A DNA stretch of 64,000 bases from Podospora anserina (Eukaryota): NCBI GenBank assembly GCA_017654855.1, contig CM030333.1, positions 3,720,001 to 3,784,000 on the forward strand, read 5' to 3'. This document shows, piece by piece, positions 1 through 11,629 of the stretch. The position numbers and the translations under genes were made by a program. The notes under the pieces were generated by a model. It made no database searches. It had not been told where the DNA came from and saw nothing but the letters and a program-made list of their open reading frames with translations. Within the stretch, counting starts at the first letter, position 1, and each line of letters begins with the position of its first letter.

Positions 1-733
1 GTTTGCGGTTGCGGTTGCTTACGAACGGGGACCCGCTCTTGACCATTTGCTGAACGTGCGCAAACGAGTGATGTGGCTCCTGGGCCGGAGGCATCTGACT
101 TCGGGTCGCATAGGGATGAAGGTTACTATACAGTATGGTTAGCACTAGGGCTTCTTCTTGACCCAACAGCTGGCAAAATGTGACCCACTTGCGGCTCTGG
201 CTCTCCTGATATTTCAGCAAAACCGTCGCCTTTCTCTTGGCCTCTGCCTTCAGCTCGTGAAGGCGAGGACCTCCAAGATCAGCAAGCCCTTTGACCGCGG
301 CAGCGTCATCATCCTCGAAGACGCCGGACGCAATGGCATCTGGCGAAATGTCAGCATCTACCATTCTATCAACTTTGGATGAGAGATCATACCCTGCCAA
401 ACATTCGACATCTTCGCGCCCCTCGCTACGAGCGCATCATTCTGGATTTGGGGCCGACGAATATACTCTTGTCTGGGCTCGCGGTCGCCCCGGTCACCCC
501 GACCATGTCGGCCATTCTTTCCGCCTCCCTTCTTTTTATTCATGGCCGCCAACTCGCCGTCATCGACGGGAAGTTCGTCCAGGCGGCCGATTCCCAAATC
601 CGCCTGCAGATAACTAGTTAGCAGTATGTCGCATGACAATAGGAGCAGAGAACTTCACCATCATGGCCTGCTGGATAGCGGCCTCCTCCGCCAGCTCCTC
701 TGAGGTCTTCTTGTTCTCTTTGTCGATCGACAT
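1..733 (-). CDS. Hypothetical protein, 5' part; continues off the left edge of the window
   Basis: ATG at 733 (MSIDKENKKTSEELAEEAAIQQAMM). Three short introns (donors GTGAAG, GTATGA, GTGGGT; GCTAAC/GCTGAC branch points) join frames into one ORF (...ADLGIGRLDELPVDDG...DAIASGVFEDDDAAAVKGL...) that stays open to position 1. Confidence 0.75.
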
Positions 734-1913
734 GATGACTAGATGCCCGTATGATCCTTGAAGGAGTCGTGATATTTGAGCGAACGAGTGACCTAAGCTG
801 GGTCTGTAACGGGTGATGGAGTCGATCCAATCGAAAAGTCGTGCCCTGTCAAGTAGGACAAAACGTTGCTCACGACAACTGATCGATAATAGCGATCTGA
901 AAGATGGTTACAAAGGCAATTGATATGACAAGATCCCGACGGATCGTTTGACTAGACGCTTTGGGTTGAACAGAGGCAGGAGGTTGGCGAAGAGTGGTAG
1001 AGATCGAAGAACGAGAGAATGTTGTGGAGAGGTAAGCAGGCAAAGTGGGGAGTGCAAGCTTCTTAGAGGCGGCCACTCGCGAGCTCGGTCAGGCTAGGCA
1101 ACGAGAGGGTTGGTATGAAGGAAGGTACGCGCGTGCGGTGGGAACAAGGCGAGCAGGGATGGCAGGAGCACTGCTCGTTGAGGGGGGAGGAAGGAAGAGA
1201 GCACGGAGAGTAGAGGTTGGTCGGGCACACCTCGAAGGCGGTTTACTTACCGAATGAGCTGCCCACCTCAGAGTGATGGAACAGAGACAACGAATGTATC
1301 AAACTCGTTTTCTGCGTGTAGCAGAGTCGTCGGTATTGGTTTCTTGGAGCAAAGCGGAAAAATACCGGGGAGCTGTCGAGTCGATCTGTTAGACGTCTGC
1401 AATTATTTTCGACTCTGTCATGTACATACCTTGATGATGGCGACGATGATGGAAACACCACTCGAGGTCGCGATAGATCGTCAATCATGCCTGAGTTCCC
1501 TTGGGTGGTGAGGGAGATTGTCGGCCGACGGGGACCTTTGGGTGGTCGTGTTGTCAAGACCACGGAGGCAAGGAAGCCAGGAAGATATCTCCAGCCTGTT
1601 GAGGTAACAAGATAAGTTGTCAAGGTACTCGAAGGGGATAAATCGAAAGATGAAGGGTAAGGTGAGCCAGTGGGAAAGCTAAGTAGTGGTGGCGGGAGGC
1701 TGTTGAGTTCGCAGTTAGATGTCTTTGTTGTGTTGTGTTTGGTTCAGGAAAAGAAAGCAACGACTGAGGGAGAAGGAAGAGACTTTATACCCTTTGTGGG
1801 ACCCACGATGCGGTCTGTGGGTGCTCTCAATATGAGCCGCACCATCATGCCGCCGCCGGGTTTTGATTGCGGCCGAGGCTAGGGCTTGGAGGTTGTCGTC
1901 GTCGAGATATCTC

Positions 1914-1972
1914 GGGGGTCGTCGGGGGTCATCGGTGGGGGTCGTCGGCGGGGGTCGACGCGGGGGTTAGAC
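1914..1972. repeat. Degenerate tandem repeat of GGGGGTC(G/A)(T/A)C-like units with five G5 tracts
   Basis: Units start at 1914, 1924, 1937, 1950 and 1962; read directly from the sequence. Confidence 0.8.
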
Positions 1973-3391
1973 GGCGGGTGTGACAGAGGAGATTACGCAG
2001 AGCCGTGGAGGTCATCAATACTTGCTTTCAACTTCAAGTTCTGAGTTGCATACACAGTCACAAGCCACTTTACCTCACCTACCTTGCATTACATTGCCTA
2101 CGAACAAGCGTTTCCATTAAGCACCAGATTTCGTACCATGGCCGCCATTAACTGGACCTCGGGGTCGGTTTGTAGGGCTTATCTTCATCTTCCAAGAATC
2201 TCCCATGTCTTTAAGACTTTGCCATGTAGCTCAGAAGGCTTGGTCACACATGGTCTATGATCAACGAAGTTAGGTGCCCAGTCGGGCAGCTTTGAGTAAT
2301 TGCCACTGAATCTGGGTTCTTGCGTTATAAAGGTTGTTATCTCCACAGGAGAATCATGGAAGGATATTGCCACCATGTGTTTTTTTGTAAGGAACATATA
2401 TATATTTTGAACAAATAGCTACATTTTACAAAGGACGCGATCAATTCGTCCATTTTACAGTGTGCTTGTTGACTTGCCCCTATTCTTGGACCTTGATATG
2501 GTCCGTGCGGAGGATACCCCTGAATTTGGACTTGCAGCAATTTGGGCCAAGGTATTCCACTTCATTGGGTCACCGCTTGCTTGTCTACTTTTCCCAATCC
2601 GTGCCCTCGCGTCACACTCACTCACTGTCTGTCAACCCATTGCACGCTCATATACCACCCAGGGACCCGGGGTGCAATGAGCGTGACTGTTCGGCTGAGG
2701 GGCTTTCTTGATCATGAAAACGGGCAACAAGCCATACGTATACCGACTCACCTCCCTCTTCAATCACAACTCTTAGAACAACGGTAACGGAGACAACTAT
2801 TCCGATGGCTGTGATAATGTAAACACTGTCTACATCTAGGACTACGCCGGCCAGTATCCGATGAGAGCAACAAGGCTTCTAGTTATATGAAATTGGGCGA
2901 CGGAGAGCTGTCTAGGAGGAAGACAATCTTACCTGTCTTGTGATGACAGTTCCAATTCAAGATGATGTGGCAAATAAGTCAAGACCACCCGTGGGAGACG
3001 TGCAGATTCTAGACAGTGGTGTCTCCTCCACTGGGCTACTTACTCGCGCCAGGTTTACACCGTTTGAAGGTTTATGTGTGTTCTTTCAACACCTGATTTG
3101 GACTTCAACAGCGTAACCGGAGAAGCGAGCAAGGGAAGTAAGTGTACGGGCATGCTGCATGTGGAATATGGAAGTTGAATCCAATATCTTCAAATGGAGG
3201 ATACAGCGGTGACGTTTCGGCAGGTAGCAACAACAACATCAATTCAACACATCATAATATTCTGTCAAAGTCTAGTAGTGTAAGTTCAAATTATTTTATA
3301 TTCAGCGGCGACAGCCATCATGCCCACCACCATGCCCTCATAACCATTATGCAGTAAATATCGCTAAAATCAAATCCCATCATTCTCTCAT

Positions 3392-3667
3392 TTACTTTGA
3401 CCGAGCATCCTTGGGAGGCTCACTCAGACCATCCTTGCCCTGACGACCAATTCCGCTCATATCAATATCCTCCGAAGCCTTGGTCGCAGGCTCCCTCAGT
3501 CCAGCTGTGGAACCGAGACCGGTTGAAACATCGCTCGAAAAACGACCACTGCCGACGTTGGTCTTGCTAGCGTCGGCGGACTGCCAGTCGGAGGCCTTGG
3601 GGGGCATTTGCGGGAGGGGGAGGTTCTGGCGGACCTCTTCGATCTTGTCGGCCTTGGATTGAGTCAT
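3392..3667 (-). CDS. Small hydrophilic hypothetical protein (91 aa), possibly stress-associated
   Basis: ORF MTQSKADKIEEVRQNLPLPQMPPKASDWQSAD... with good start context (CCAACATG). A clean 53-nt 5'UTR intron lies at 3692-3744 (GTAAGC...GCTGAC...CAG). Confidence 0.8.
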   Translation of the reverse strand: MTQSKADKIEEVRQNLPLPQMPPKASDWQSADASKTNVGSGRFSSDVSTGLGSTAGLREPATKASEDIDMSGIGRQGKDGLSEPPKDARSK

Positions 3668-4900
3668 GTTGGTTGTGTTTGTGTGTGGTTTCTGATAGGG
3701 GTCAGCACATCTGCTTCAAACTCTTGAGAGTTCAAGGAGCTTACTTGATGTGGTGATTGTTGTCGTGAGACAAAGTCTTTTGAGTTGGTGCTTATTTTGA
3801 ATTGCTTGATTGATTGATTGGTCTGGTGAACTGATTGGGAAGAACAGAATTGAAAACAGGAGACCTCTAAATATCTCGACTGGAGTGTGCTTTGGCGGAA
3901 TATGAAGCTGGAGGACATCACAAATGACGTCAATTACATCACAGACCCCAGAGAGCCCAGCGAGGCTCCTGTCACCAGCCCCTGCAGCCCCGCCCTAGGG
4001 TAGCGGGTGGGGTCTCAAGTGCCGATCTGCCCCAGCCGACTGGCTGGTGGCGCCAATGTCTTGGCTCTATGTTCAACGACATCTTTCGATTGTTGGAGCT
4101 TTGGGAGCGGATGGAAGTTTCCACAGATGATCCTGCGGGTTCTGTCTGCGTGGGTGGCTGCTCATCACTTGGCAATGGTCCGACTTCTTCGTCACTTGCC
4201 CACATGTCACTTTAAAGCCAAGTTAAGAGCCGTTGGAAAGTGTGATTTGATCGATTTGATCGAGATTTGAGATGCCGATGGCTTGTTGAAAGCCTCAAGA
4301 CTGACTTCAGGCACGCTGAATACATACATACGACGACGACACAATCGGCCAAAAGAAAAAAAAGAAAAAAAAAATCATCGCACAACAAGACAGAAGTAAC
4401 CTGTGTATATTTCATCCTCCAGACCCCATCGCCTATCAAACCACGCTACTAACATTGTGTATGTTGGTTGGCGGCAGAAATAAGAAGCGTAGACCCTTTC
4501 CGATGGAGCCTATCCTAGGCTATAGGCCACTCATGAAGCCGAGACTTGATGAAACCCGATTGATGATTGAGGAACCGCGTAAACCCATCCGTCGAAACCA
4601 GAGAAAGAAAAACGATGAACAATTGACTCGATTTCCGTACCGCAGATGACCACCCCCCAAAACGCCGTGTCCTTGTCATGCGCATCCGGCGCGTGTCGCA
4701 AAAATTATAAGAATGGGAAAATCAAAAAGAAAACAATCGAAGAGCGTAACTGCATAACTTGCATAACCGTAACTCGTGTCGTTTGATGTCGTGTGTAGCG
4801 TCTTTTGGGTGAGTTCCGTATGCCTCTCTATGTTGGATAGAGAGTGGAAATTGCTGCTGACCTAATTGGCAGGAGTGGAGGCGTTGAGGAGAGACGAGTG

Positions 4901-5932
4901 CTAAAAGATGGGAGAAGGCAACTCAAAGTCGGAGATGGAGTCTGTGTCCTCGACTACAGCAGCGACAGCCTTCATCTTCCACTTCTTAGCAGCAGAGGAG
5001 GTGATGGGCTCGCAGTCCTCGTCGACAAAGATCTCAAAGTCCAGTTTCTGTTCCTGCTCACCAAGGTCAAAGCCCAACTTCGTCTTGGTCTCGCTCTTGA
5101 AAAGAGGGCTGGAGCTGATGCGGCCAGACTTCTTGACGAGTCGGCGACCACGAGGAGTGCCTCTCATGGACATGAGCTTGCGAGACTCGGCATTCCATTC
5201 CTCGCACTCTTGAATTTCCTTGCGGTACTCGAGAACCCACTGGCGAGCCATCTCGGCGTGATCGGGCGATCCGTCGTTGTTGACGAAAGATGGGACGTGA
5301 ATATAATGAGTCGAAGGTCCAGCACGATGAGCCAAAGGCCCAGAGCGGCGGCGGGGAGGCATCGAGAGAGGTTGGGCGTTCTCGTTCTGCTCAGGAAGCT
5401 CAACCTTCAAATTGAAACTCGAAGCAGCGTTATTGCGGTGGTTGCGAGGAATGTCGGTGGCAGCCTGGGTTTTTCCAGAGGGCTCAGGCTCTGGGCCTTG
5501 CTCTGCAACTTTGTGGGCCTGCTTGGGAGCAAAGTCGTGGGAAGTGGGACGGGCAATTTCGGGCAGGCCAAAAGTCTTGGAGTTGGCCGGAATGGTGAGA
5601 AGGTGAGTAATGTCGCCCAGAGGAACACGGGCAGAGTCCTTGTCATCGTCATCGTCGAATTTGTCGTCATCGAGCTTCTTCTCATTGATCTCGTCGTCGT
5701 CGGTCCCGGAGGTTTGGGCAGCAGTGCTATTTTCAGCCTCGTCGGTCAGAGAAGCGGGGCCAGCAGTGGTCGTAGCCGGGGCGTCCTCGTCGATAGACGG
5801 GGCACCCTCGTCAATCTGCGACTCGGGGTCCAAAACCAGGGGTCGGAGCGGAGACGAGACGTGAGGCTCAAAATAGCCACGACCCAACCGGGAGGTTTGG
5901 GCGATCTTAGTGGCCTGCTTTGTCATCGACAT
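4901..5932 (-). CDS. Hypothetical low-complexity/disordered protein (343 aa) with D-box-like and ABBA-like motifs
   Basis: Single long ORF with coding-like codon usage; motifs RVPLGDITH and DFEIFVDED. Confidence 0.75.
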   Translation of the reverse strand: MSMTKQATKIAQTSRLGRGYFEPHVSSPLRPLVLDPESQIDEGAPSIDEDAPATTTAGPASLTDEAENSTAAQTSGTDDDEINEKKLDDDKFDDDDDKDSARVPLGDITHLLTIPANSKTFGLPEIARPTSHDFAPKQAHKVAEQGPEPEPSGKTQAATDIPRNHRNNAASSFNLKVELPEQNENAQPLSMPPRRRSGPLAHRAGPSTHYIHVPSFVNNDGSPDHAEMARQWVLEYRKEIQECEEWNAESRKLMSMRGTPRGRRLVKKSGRISSSPLFKSETKTKLGFDLGEQEQKLDFEIFVDEDCEPITSSAAKKWKMKAVAAVVEDTDSISDFELPSPIF

Positions 5933-7818
5933 CTTTCCTGACGGGTCGGAGGTTGATGGTGAAGTTGGTGAGGTCGGGAGTGTGATGGTGAGTTGTGAGA
6001 GGGTTCAAAGACAGCACAAGGAAATTTGATGGCTCAAATATGAAATAAATTGCGGAGATTCCGTCTATCAAGGCTGACAGTGCTCCTGAGCGTTCTGATG
6101 AACTGCGCGGGTCTCAATTGCTCGTGAGGCTCCGCGTGAAGCTCGGCGGTGTGGTATTGTGTGAGGGGAGAATGAGAACAATGACGGGGAGGTCCGCGAT
6201 ATTCTCTTGGAGCTGTAGAGCAGGGGTATGGCGACTTGAACACGCACAACGATGCGAGCATAAACATCTCCTAGAACCCCTGTCTGGGCGCCTGAGGAAG
6301 CAAAACGAACCCCAAAGACAACCAGGAAAGAGCTGCTTTGTGCCAATTCCTGCAAGTATTGATTATCCTTAAGGTACCTAGAGAGCGATGGCCGATGACT
6401 ACACAACGTAGACCTTCCTACCACGCGCTATTATATGTAGCAATGGACAGGTATAAGGCACGCAAGGCCTTGTTAGGCATCTTCCTCTTGACGACTCCCT
6501 GTCCGTATTCACTTCAGGGCACGGATTCTTCGTATTGTTCATGTCTATTGGGTACCTGTAGGGGCCTTTCGCTCCTTCCATATGTGTCTCCATGGCCAGA
6601 TATCACCGAAATCGGAATCATCTGAAGTTCAATAATGGGCTGTAAAACTCTTCAACTAGGCAGACGCCTTCACGTCGCTTCCCAGAGGATATTCCTTTTC
6701 TTCAACTGCCAGCTTAATGACAACCACGTGCAGAGGACAATAATTACACCGCTAAACGCCCTTAGAGACAAGGAGATGTGGTTTGTCTATGGCATGGGCT
6801 GATATAGGGCTTGGGGTTTTGAGATACAAATTGTGAATAAGATAACAGAGACTGATATCTCACAAATAGATCTGAATGATAGTCAATTCTAATAATCTCT
6901 TTCTATCACCCGAAATACCTGGAATGGGAAACTGTTCTTCTACAATAGCCCCACAAGATATTCGCTACTTGCTCATAACTTCAACCCCGACTTAATGCAG
7001 AAGATCTGATGAATATTGGCCCCACATACCTGGGAGCATTACACTTTTGTTACCTCGTGGAGGTTCTGCCGGGACATATTGTTAGAATAGGGGCAGCATC
7101 CAGCAATTTACACAATGGTTCACAGCTTTAAAACAGCCAGTCCCACAATCTATAGGGAATCTGGTAAACTGGCAGAGAAAGAAGACTGTCCGGGCTCTTG
7201 CTTTCACAAGGTTTTGGTGGACATATTTCCAAGAGTTTTGCAGTCTCAGAGAGTCTTTGTGCACGCTCTTTGAAGATGGTGTGTGTTGTCGTGGAGCCAA
7301 AAAGGGAAGCATTCACTTACACGCATGGGACAGGGGTGCCTGATTGGCCAGCTTTGGGCATCTCTACCCAGCAGCATCTTTACTCTCGGACTCTGCCACC
7401 TTGACTTAAGATGTCTGTTCGCGCGTTCATCTGAACCCAGTTTGGAGATAAAGCTCTGCTTGCATCAGCTGTGTAGATAGCCTCACTTTTATGCCTTCTG
7501 AAATTCTCAAAATTTGACAGTATTTATTGTTCTATTCACATCATGATGTCCCGCTTCAACCCTAACCCAGATCACCCATGAAGATCCAGGCTGTCCCGGC
7601 CGGCACCGGTCACCCGATCCAATTAATGCTGGACATGGCAGGTGCCCGTGCCTCGGCGCGGCCACTTTTAAAAAGTGAAAGAGGCGATGCCCTCAACAAT
7701 TTCTCTGTGCATTGCGCCAATTCCGATGCCGCCTCCCCAGACGTCCGCCCTTTCCTAGATTTTGCTCTTTTCTCTCTAATGCCTTAATACGATTCTTTTA
7801 ATATACGAAAACGACGAA

Positions 7819-9748
7819 ATGTTATCCTCGAGAGCCTCTCTCGCCGCCACGAGGCGTCTAGTCCCCACTACGAGTTTCGCTCAACAAGCCGGTTGGACAT
7901 GTGCCCAGTGTCGCAACTCGATTCCAACACTTCGAAAAGGGGTTCCGAGCCTACTTCGCGCGAATGGCCCGACAACGAGACGATATGGCAGTAAGACTGG
8001 TGAAAACGGAGGGCGCCAGGACCATAACTATGGTGGCAGATCGAGAGCCAGGAGGTCAGCTGTGCTGGCCGCAACAGGAGGTGGTGTCGCCGCCGCCGCC
8101 GCTACGGTTGGTGGAAGTTTACTTGCCTTCGGGGACGATATCAAGAACTCATATGAAGCGATGGAGAGAACGGGCAGGGTGGCTGCCGCACTGGTACTCT
8201 GCATCAACGACTACTACACCACCCTCAGCCGGCGGGATAAGGTGGAGAAGCCAGAAGAGAAGGAAACTCTGCTCAAGGCCTGCCACCAGAGATGTGCCGA
8301 CAGGACACTAAAGGTTCTAGAGCAGAGTGGTGGCATCTTCATCAAGTTGGGACAGCATCTGGTTTGTGGCACCCCCTTTCGTTCGTCGTTCACTGACCAT
8401 TCAGGGGCTAACATGACTTTTTCAACAGAGCGCAATGAACTATCTCCTCCCACCCGAATGGACCACGACGTTCATCCCCCTCCAAGATAGATGCCCCGTT
8501 TCCTCGTTCGAATCGATCCAAGCCATGTTCAAAGCCGATACTGGACAAGACCTTTTGGATTACTTTTCCGAGTTCTCCCCCGAGCCGATAGGTGCCGCCT
8601 CTCTTGCGCAGGTCCATATGGCTACGATCAGGGAAACTGGTCAAAGGGTCGCCGTCAAAGTACAGCACCCATCCCTTAAGAAATGGGCCAAACTCGACAT
8701 GAACCTCACCTCGTTTACCTTTTCCACATTGAAGCGCTTCTTTCCTGAATATGACCTCGAGTGGCTATCCTCCGAAGTAGAGGTTTCGTTACCGCAAGAA
8801 CTCAATTTCGAATGCGAAGCTGAGAACTCGAAACGGACAAAGGAGTACTTTGGGAGTCTGTCACAGCCTCTGCCGCTCGTGATCCCGGATGTGCTCTGGG
8901 CAAAGAAGCGCATTTTGGTTATGGCATGCGAAACGGGCAAGAGACTGGATGATTTGGACTACATGGACTCGCAAGGGATCGACAGAGACGAGGTATCTGC
9001 CACCTTGGCGAGGATATTCAACGAGATGATTTTTGGTGAGGGGGCCCCGCTGCACTGCGATCCTCACGGAGGTAACATCGCCATTCGAAAGAACCACACT
9101 AGAAGAAGAGGACCGAACTTTGATATTGTGCTCTATGACCACGGGCTGTATAGAGATATCCCCCAGGATTTGAGGAGGAGCTACGCCAAGATGTGGCTGG
9201 CAGTGATTGATGGGGATATGGAAGGGATGAAGAAGTATGTCAACGAGGTGGCGGGCATTGGGGAGGACAAGTTCCCTCTGTTTGCCTCGGCCATCACTGG
9301 GAGGGACTTTATGATTGTGAGCGACACCAATGAGGGTGGTGTGATGAAGCCGAAGGAGGCGAGCGAGCAAAAGACCATGAGCACTGCGTTGCAAGAGGGT
9401 TTGCTGGCGGACTTGGTGCAGATGTTGGGACAAGTGCCGAGAATTATCCTGTTGATTCTGAAGACGAACGACTTGACGAGGAGTCTGGATGAGAGTTTGC
9501 ATACAAAGCAGGGGCCGGTCAGACAGTTCCTGATTCTGGCCAGGTATTGCATGCGGACGGTGTTTTACGAGCAGCTGGAAGAGATCAAGAAGAGAGGGAG
9601 TCTGTACTGGCCACCAAATGCCATCAGGGTGTTTGCCGCCTGGCTGGGATTCTTGAGGGTAGAGTTGAAGCTTGAGGCGTTTGAACTCTGGTTGAGCGCG
9701 AAGCGGTTGCTGGGATACAAGAACTTGGGGTTAGAGGCGGCTGCATGA
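7819..9748 (+). CDS. ABC1/UbiB-family atypical kinase (ADCK1/Mcp2-like), probably mitochondrial
   Basis: Motifs GGIFIKLGQHL, PIGAASLAQVH, VAVKVQHP, HCDPHGGN and LYDHGLY; Arg-rich N-terminal presequence; intron 8362-8428 joins the two ORFs. Confidence 0.92.
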
Positions 9749-10245
9749 TGCCATAGACGCGCGTGTATATGAGATGCCGCGTTTAGGCAGACTCTCAAGT
9801 ATTCAGGCAGCCATGTTTGAGCGAGTGAGTGAGTATGTGTGTCTGTCCTTTTCTCATACGATGCTGATCTGGGCTGTGACAAACAGTGACGAGACGAATT
9901 GTCTTCAGGACTTTGAATTCATGGCAGATCACCTCGGATTGGACCTCGTAAAAGTCCTGAACCGGGACACCATACCATCCTGAGAACAGGGGTCCGACCA
10001 GCCCTATGAGGCGCGTCGCCTCTGCCAAGAGCCCAGGCAGCTACCTCGTGGTTTCAAAGTACCACCACGCCTCGTTGTAACAACACATCATCACCGTAGA
10101 CATAGTTTTGTACAGGCCTCTTCACCCTCTCCGCTCCCTTTTTCATCATTCAACAGGACATATTTATCCTGCACAGCAACCACCATCGTTCGCCACCACC
10201 TACAGACATCTCACCCAACAGTCCCCTCACCGCCAGTCCGTCACC

Positions 10246-11336
10246 ATGCTCTCCTCCATCAAATGGCCCTTCCTCTCCTCCTCCTCCTCCGAGGAAAAGA
10301 AACCCACACCCCACCCTCACATCCAACCCCACAAGCCCATCCAAACCAAATACGTCTCCCTCCCCGTCGACATCCCCCCCTCTTTCCTCTCCCTCACCCC
10401 CGACCCGGCCCTCGTCCCAGACGCAAAACCAATCACCTTCCACCCCCTAGACTGGACCTCAACCGCCATCCCCGAAAACAAGGGGAAGCTAGCCTTCATC
10501 CTCGAAAACGTCCTCTCCCCTTCGGAATGTGGCCAACTGATCGAGTACGCAGAGGAATCAGTACCGCTGGATAGCCCGACCGCCGCCTCTGGCGCAAACA
10601 ACGGACCCTGGAGCCCGGCGCTGGTGAATATGGGCCCAGGATTCGAACTTTATGAGCCGAGCTACAGGCGGAGCGACAGGATCATTTGGGATACAAAAGA
10701 AGTCGCGGACAGGATTTGGGAGCGGTGTTTGAGTGTGGAGGGGTTGAGGAGGGAGATTGAGGTTATACAGGGGCATGAGAGGATCAAGAAGGTGACGGGG
10801 CGGGGGGAGTGGCACGGGGATGGGGGGAGGGGGAGGTGGGTGATGAGGAGGATGAATGAGCGGCTTAGGTTTCTGAGGTATGAGAAGGGGGGGTTTTTCC
10901 AGCGTGAGTGACACTGATGAAGGTGGAAGGGGAACACGAATGGGTGCTAATGAGGATGACTATAGCGCATTGTGACAGTGCGTATTATGCTTCGATGGAT
11001 AAGGAGCAGGTTGTCAAGACGTTGCTTACGGTGCATATTTACTTGAACGATTGCAAGGCTACGGCCGAGGACCCGGACAGTACTGAGTTGGTGGGCGGGG
11101 CGACGACGCTGTTTAGCTCGGATGAGAAGAGGAGGTACGATGTCGAGTGCAAGGCGGGGAGGGTGTTGGTTTTTCAGCACAGCGCCGTGCTGCACTCGGG
11201 GGATGAGGTGAAGCAGGGGGTCAAGTTTAGTGTGAGGAGTGATGTTTTGTATGAGCAGGTTTTGGCGAAGGAGGAGGAGCAGGAGGAGGCAGAGGAGGAG
11301 GCAGAGGAGGAGGAGGAGGGTGAGGGTTCAAAGTAA
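10246..11336 (+). CDS. 2OG-Fe(II) oxygenase, prolyl-4-hydroxylase-like
   Basis: MNERLRFLRYEKGGFFQP|HCD (HxD formed after removing intron 10904-10965), TVHIYLND, GGAT, distal His in LHSG, KFSVRSD. Confidence 0.88.
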
Positions 11337-11629
11337 GGGATGTATGTTTACGGCGTCCCAAATCAGTATTTTGCAATGGAAAGGTACCTAAGGGGGTGTT
11401 TATAACAAGCATGTTGGTGTTGACCCCTAAAGCCCCCTGAAAACGCCAAGGTTTAGGTGGGGTGAGTTTAACTTCAGTTGCTGACCGCTCCCCGCATTTC
11501 AACCATCTCACTCACCCTCACCCTCATCCTCACCCTCACCTTACACCACCAAGCTCTCGCATCTCACTTCACCTATCTCTCATCATCCTTCTCTCCTCCC
11601 CATCTCAACACCCCCCCAACTCACCCACA

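Noticed and set aside
2185-2397. Short minus-strand ORF with LPDWAPNF, reminiscent of the LPSWVPDW motif of HET-domain proteins
   Set aside because: A single weak motif with no other HET features or gene structure; at most an unprovable relic.
4844-5941. 365-aa plus-strand ORF
   Set aside because: Antisense shadow of the 4901-5932 gene; non-ATG start and no domain.
6600-7520. Relatively AT-rich stretch, possible RIP-degraded element or pseudogene
   Set aside because: No terminal repeats, transposase or RT motifs, or convincing reading frame visible.
7558-7568. AACCCTAACCC telomere-like motif (possible telomerase RNA template)
   Set aside because: Isolated 11-mer in a promoter region with no supporting telomerase RNA structure.
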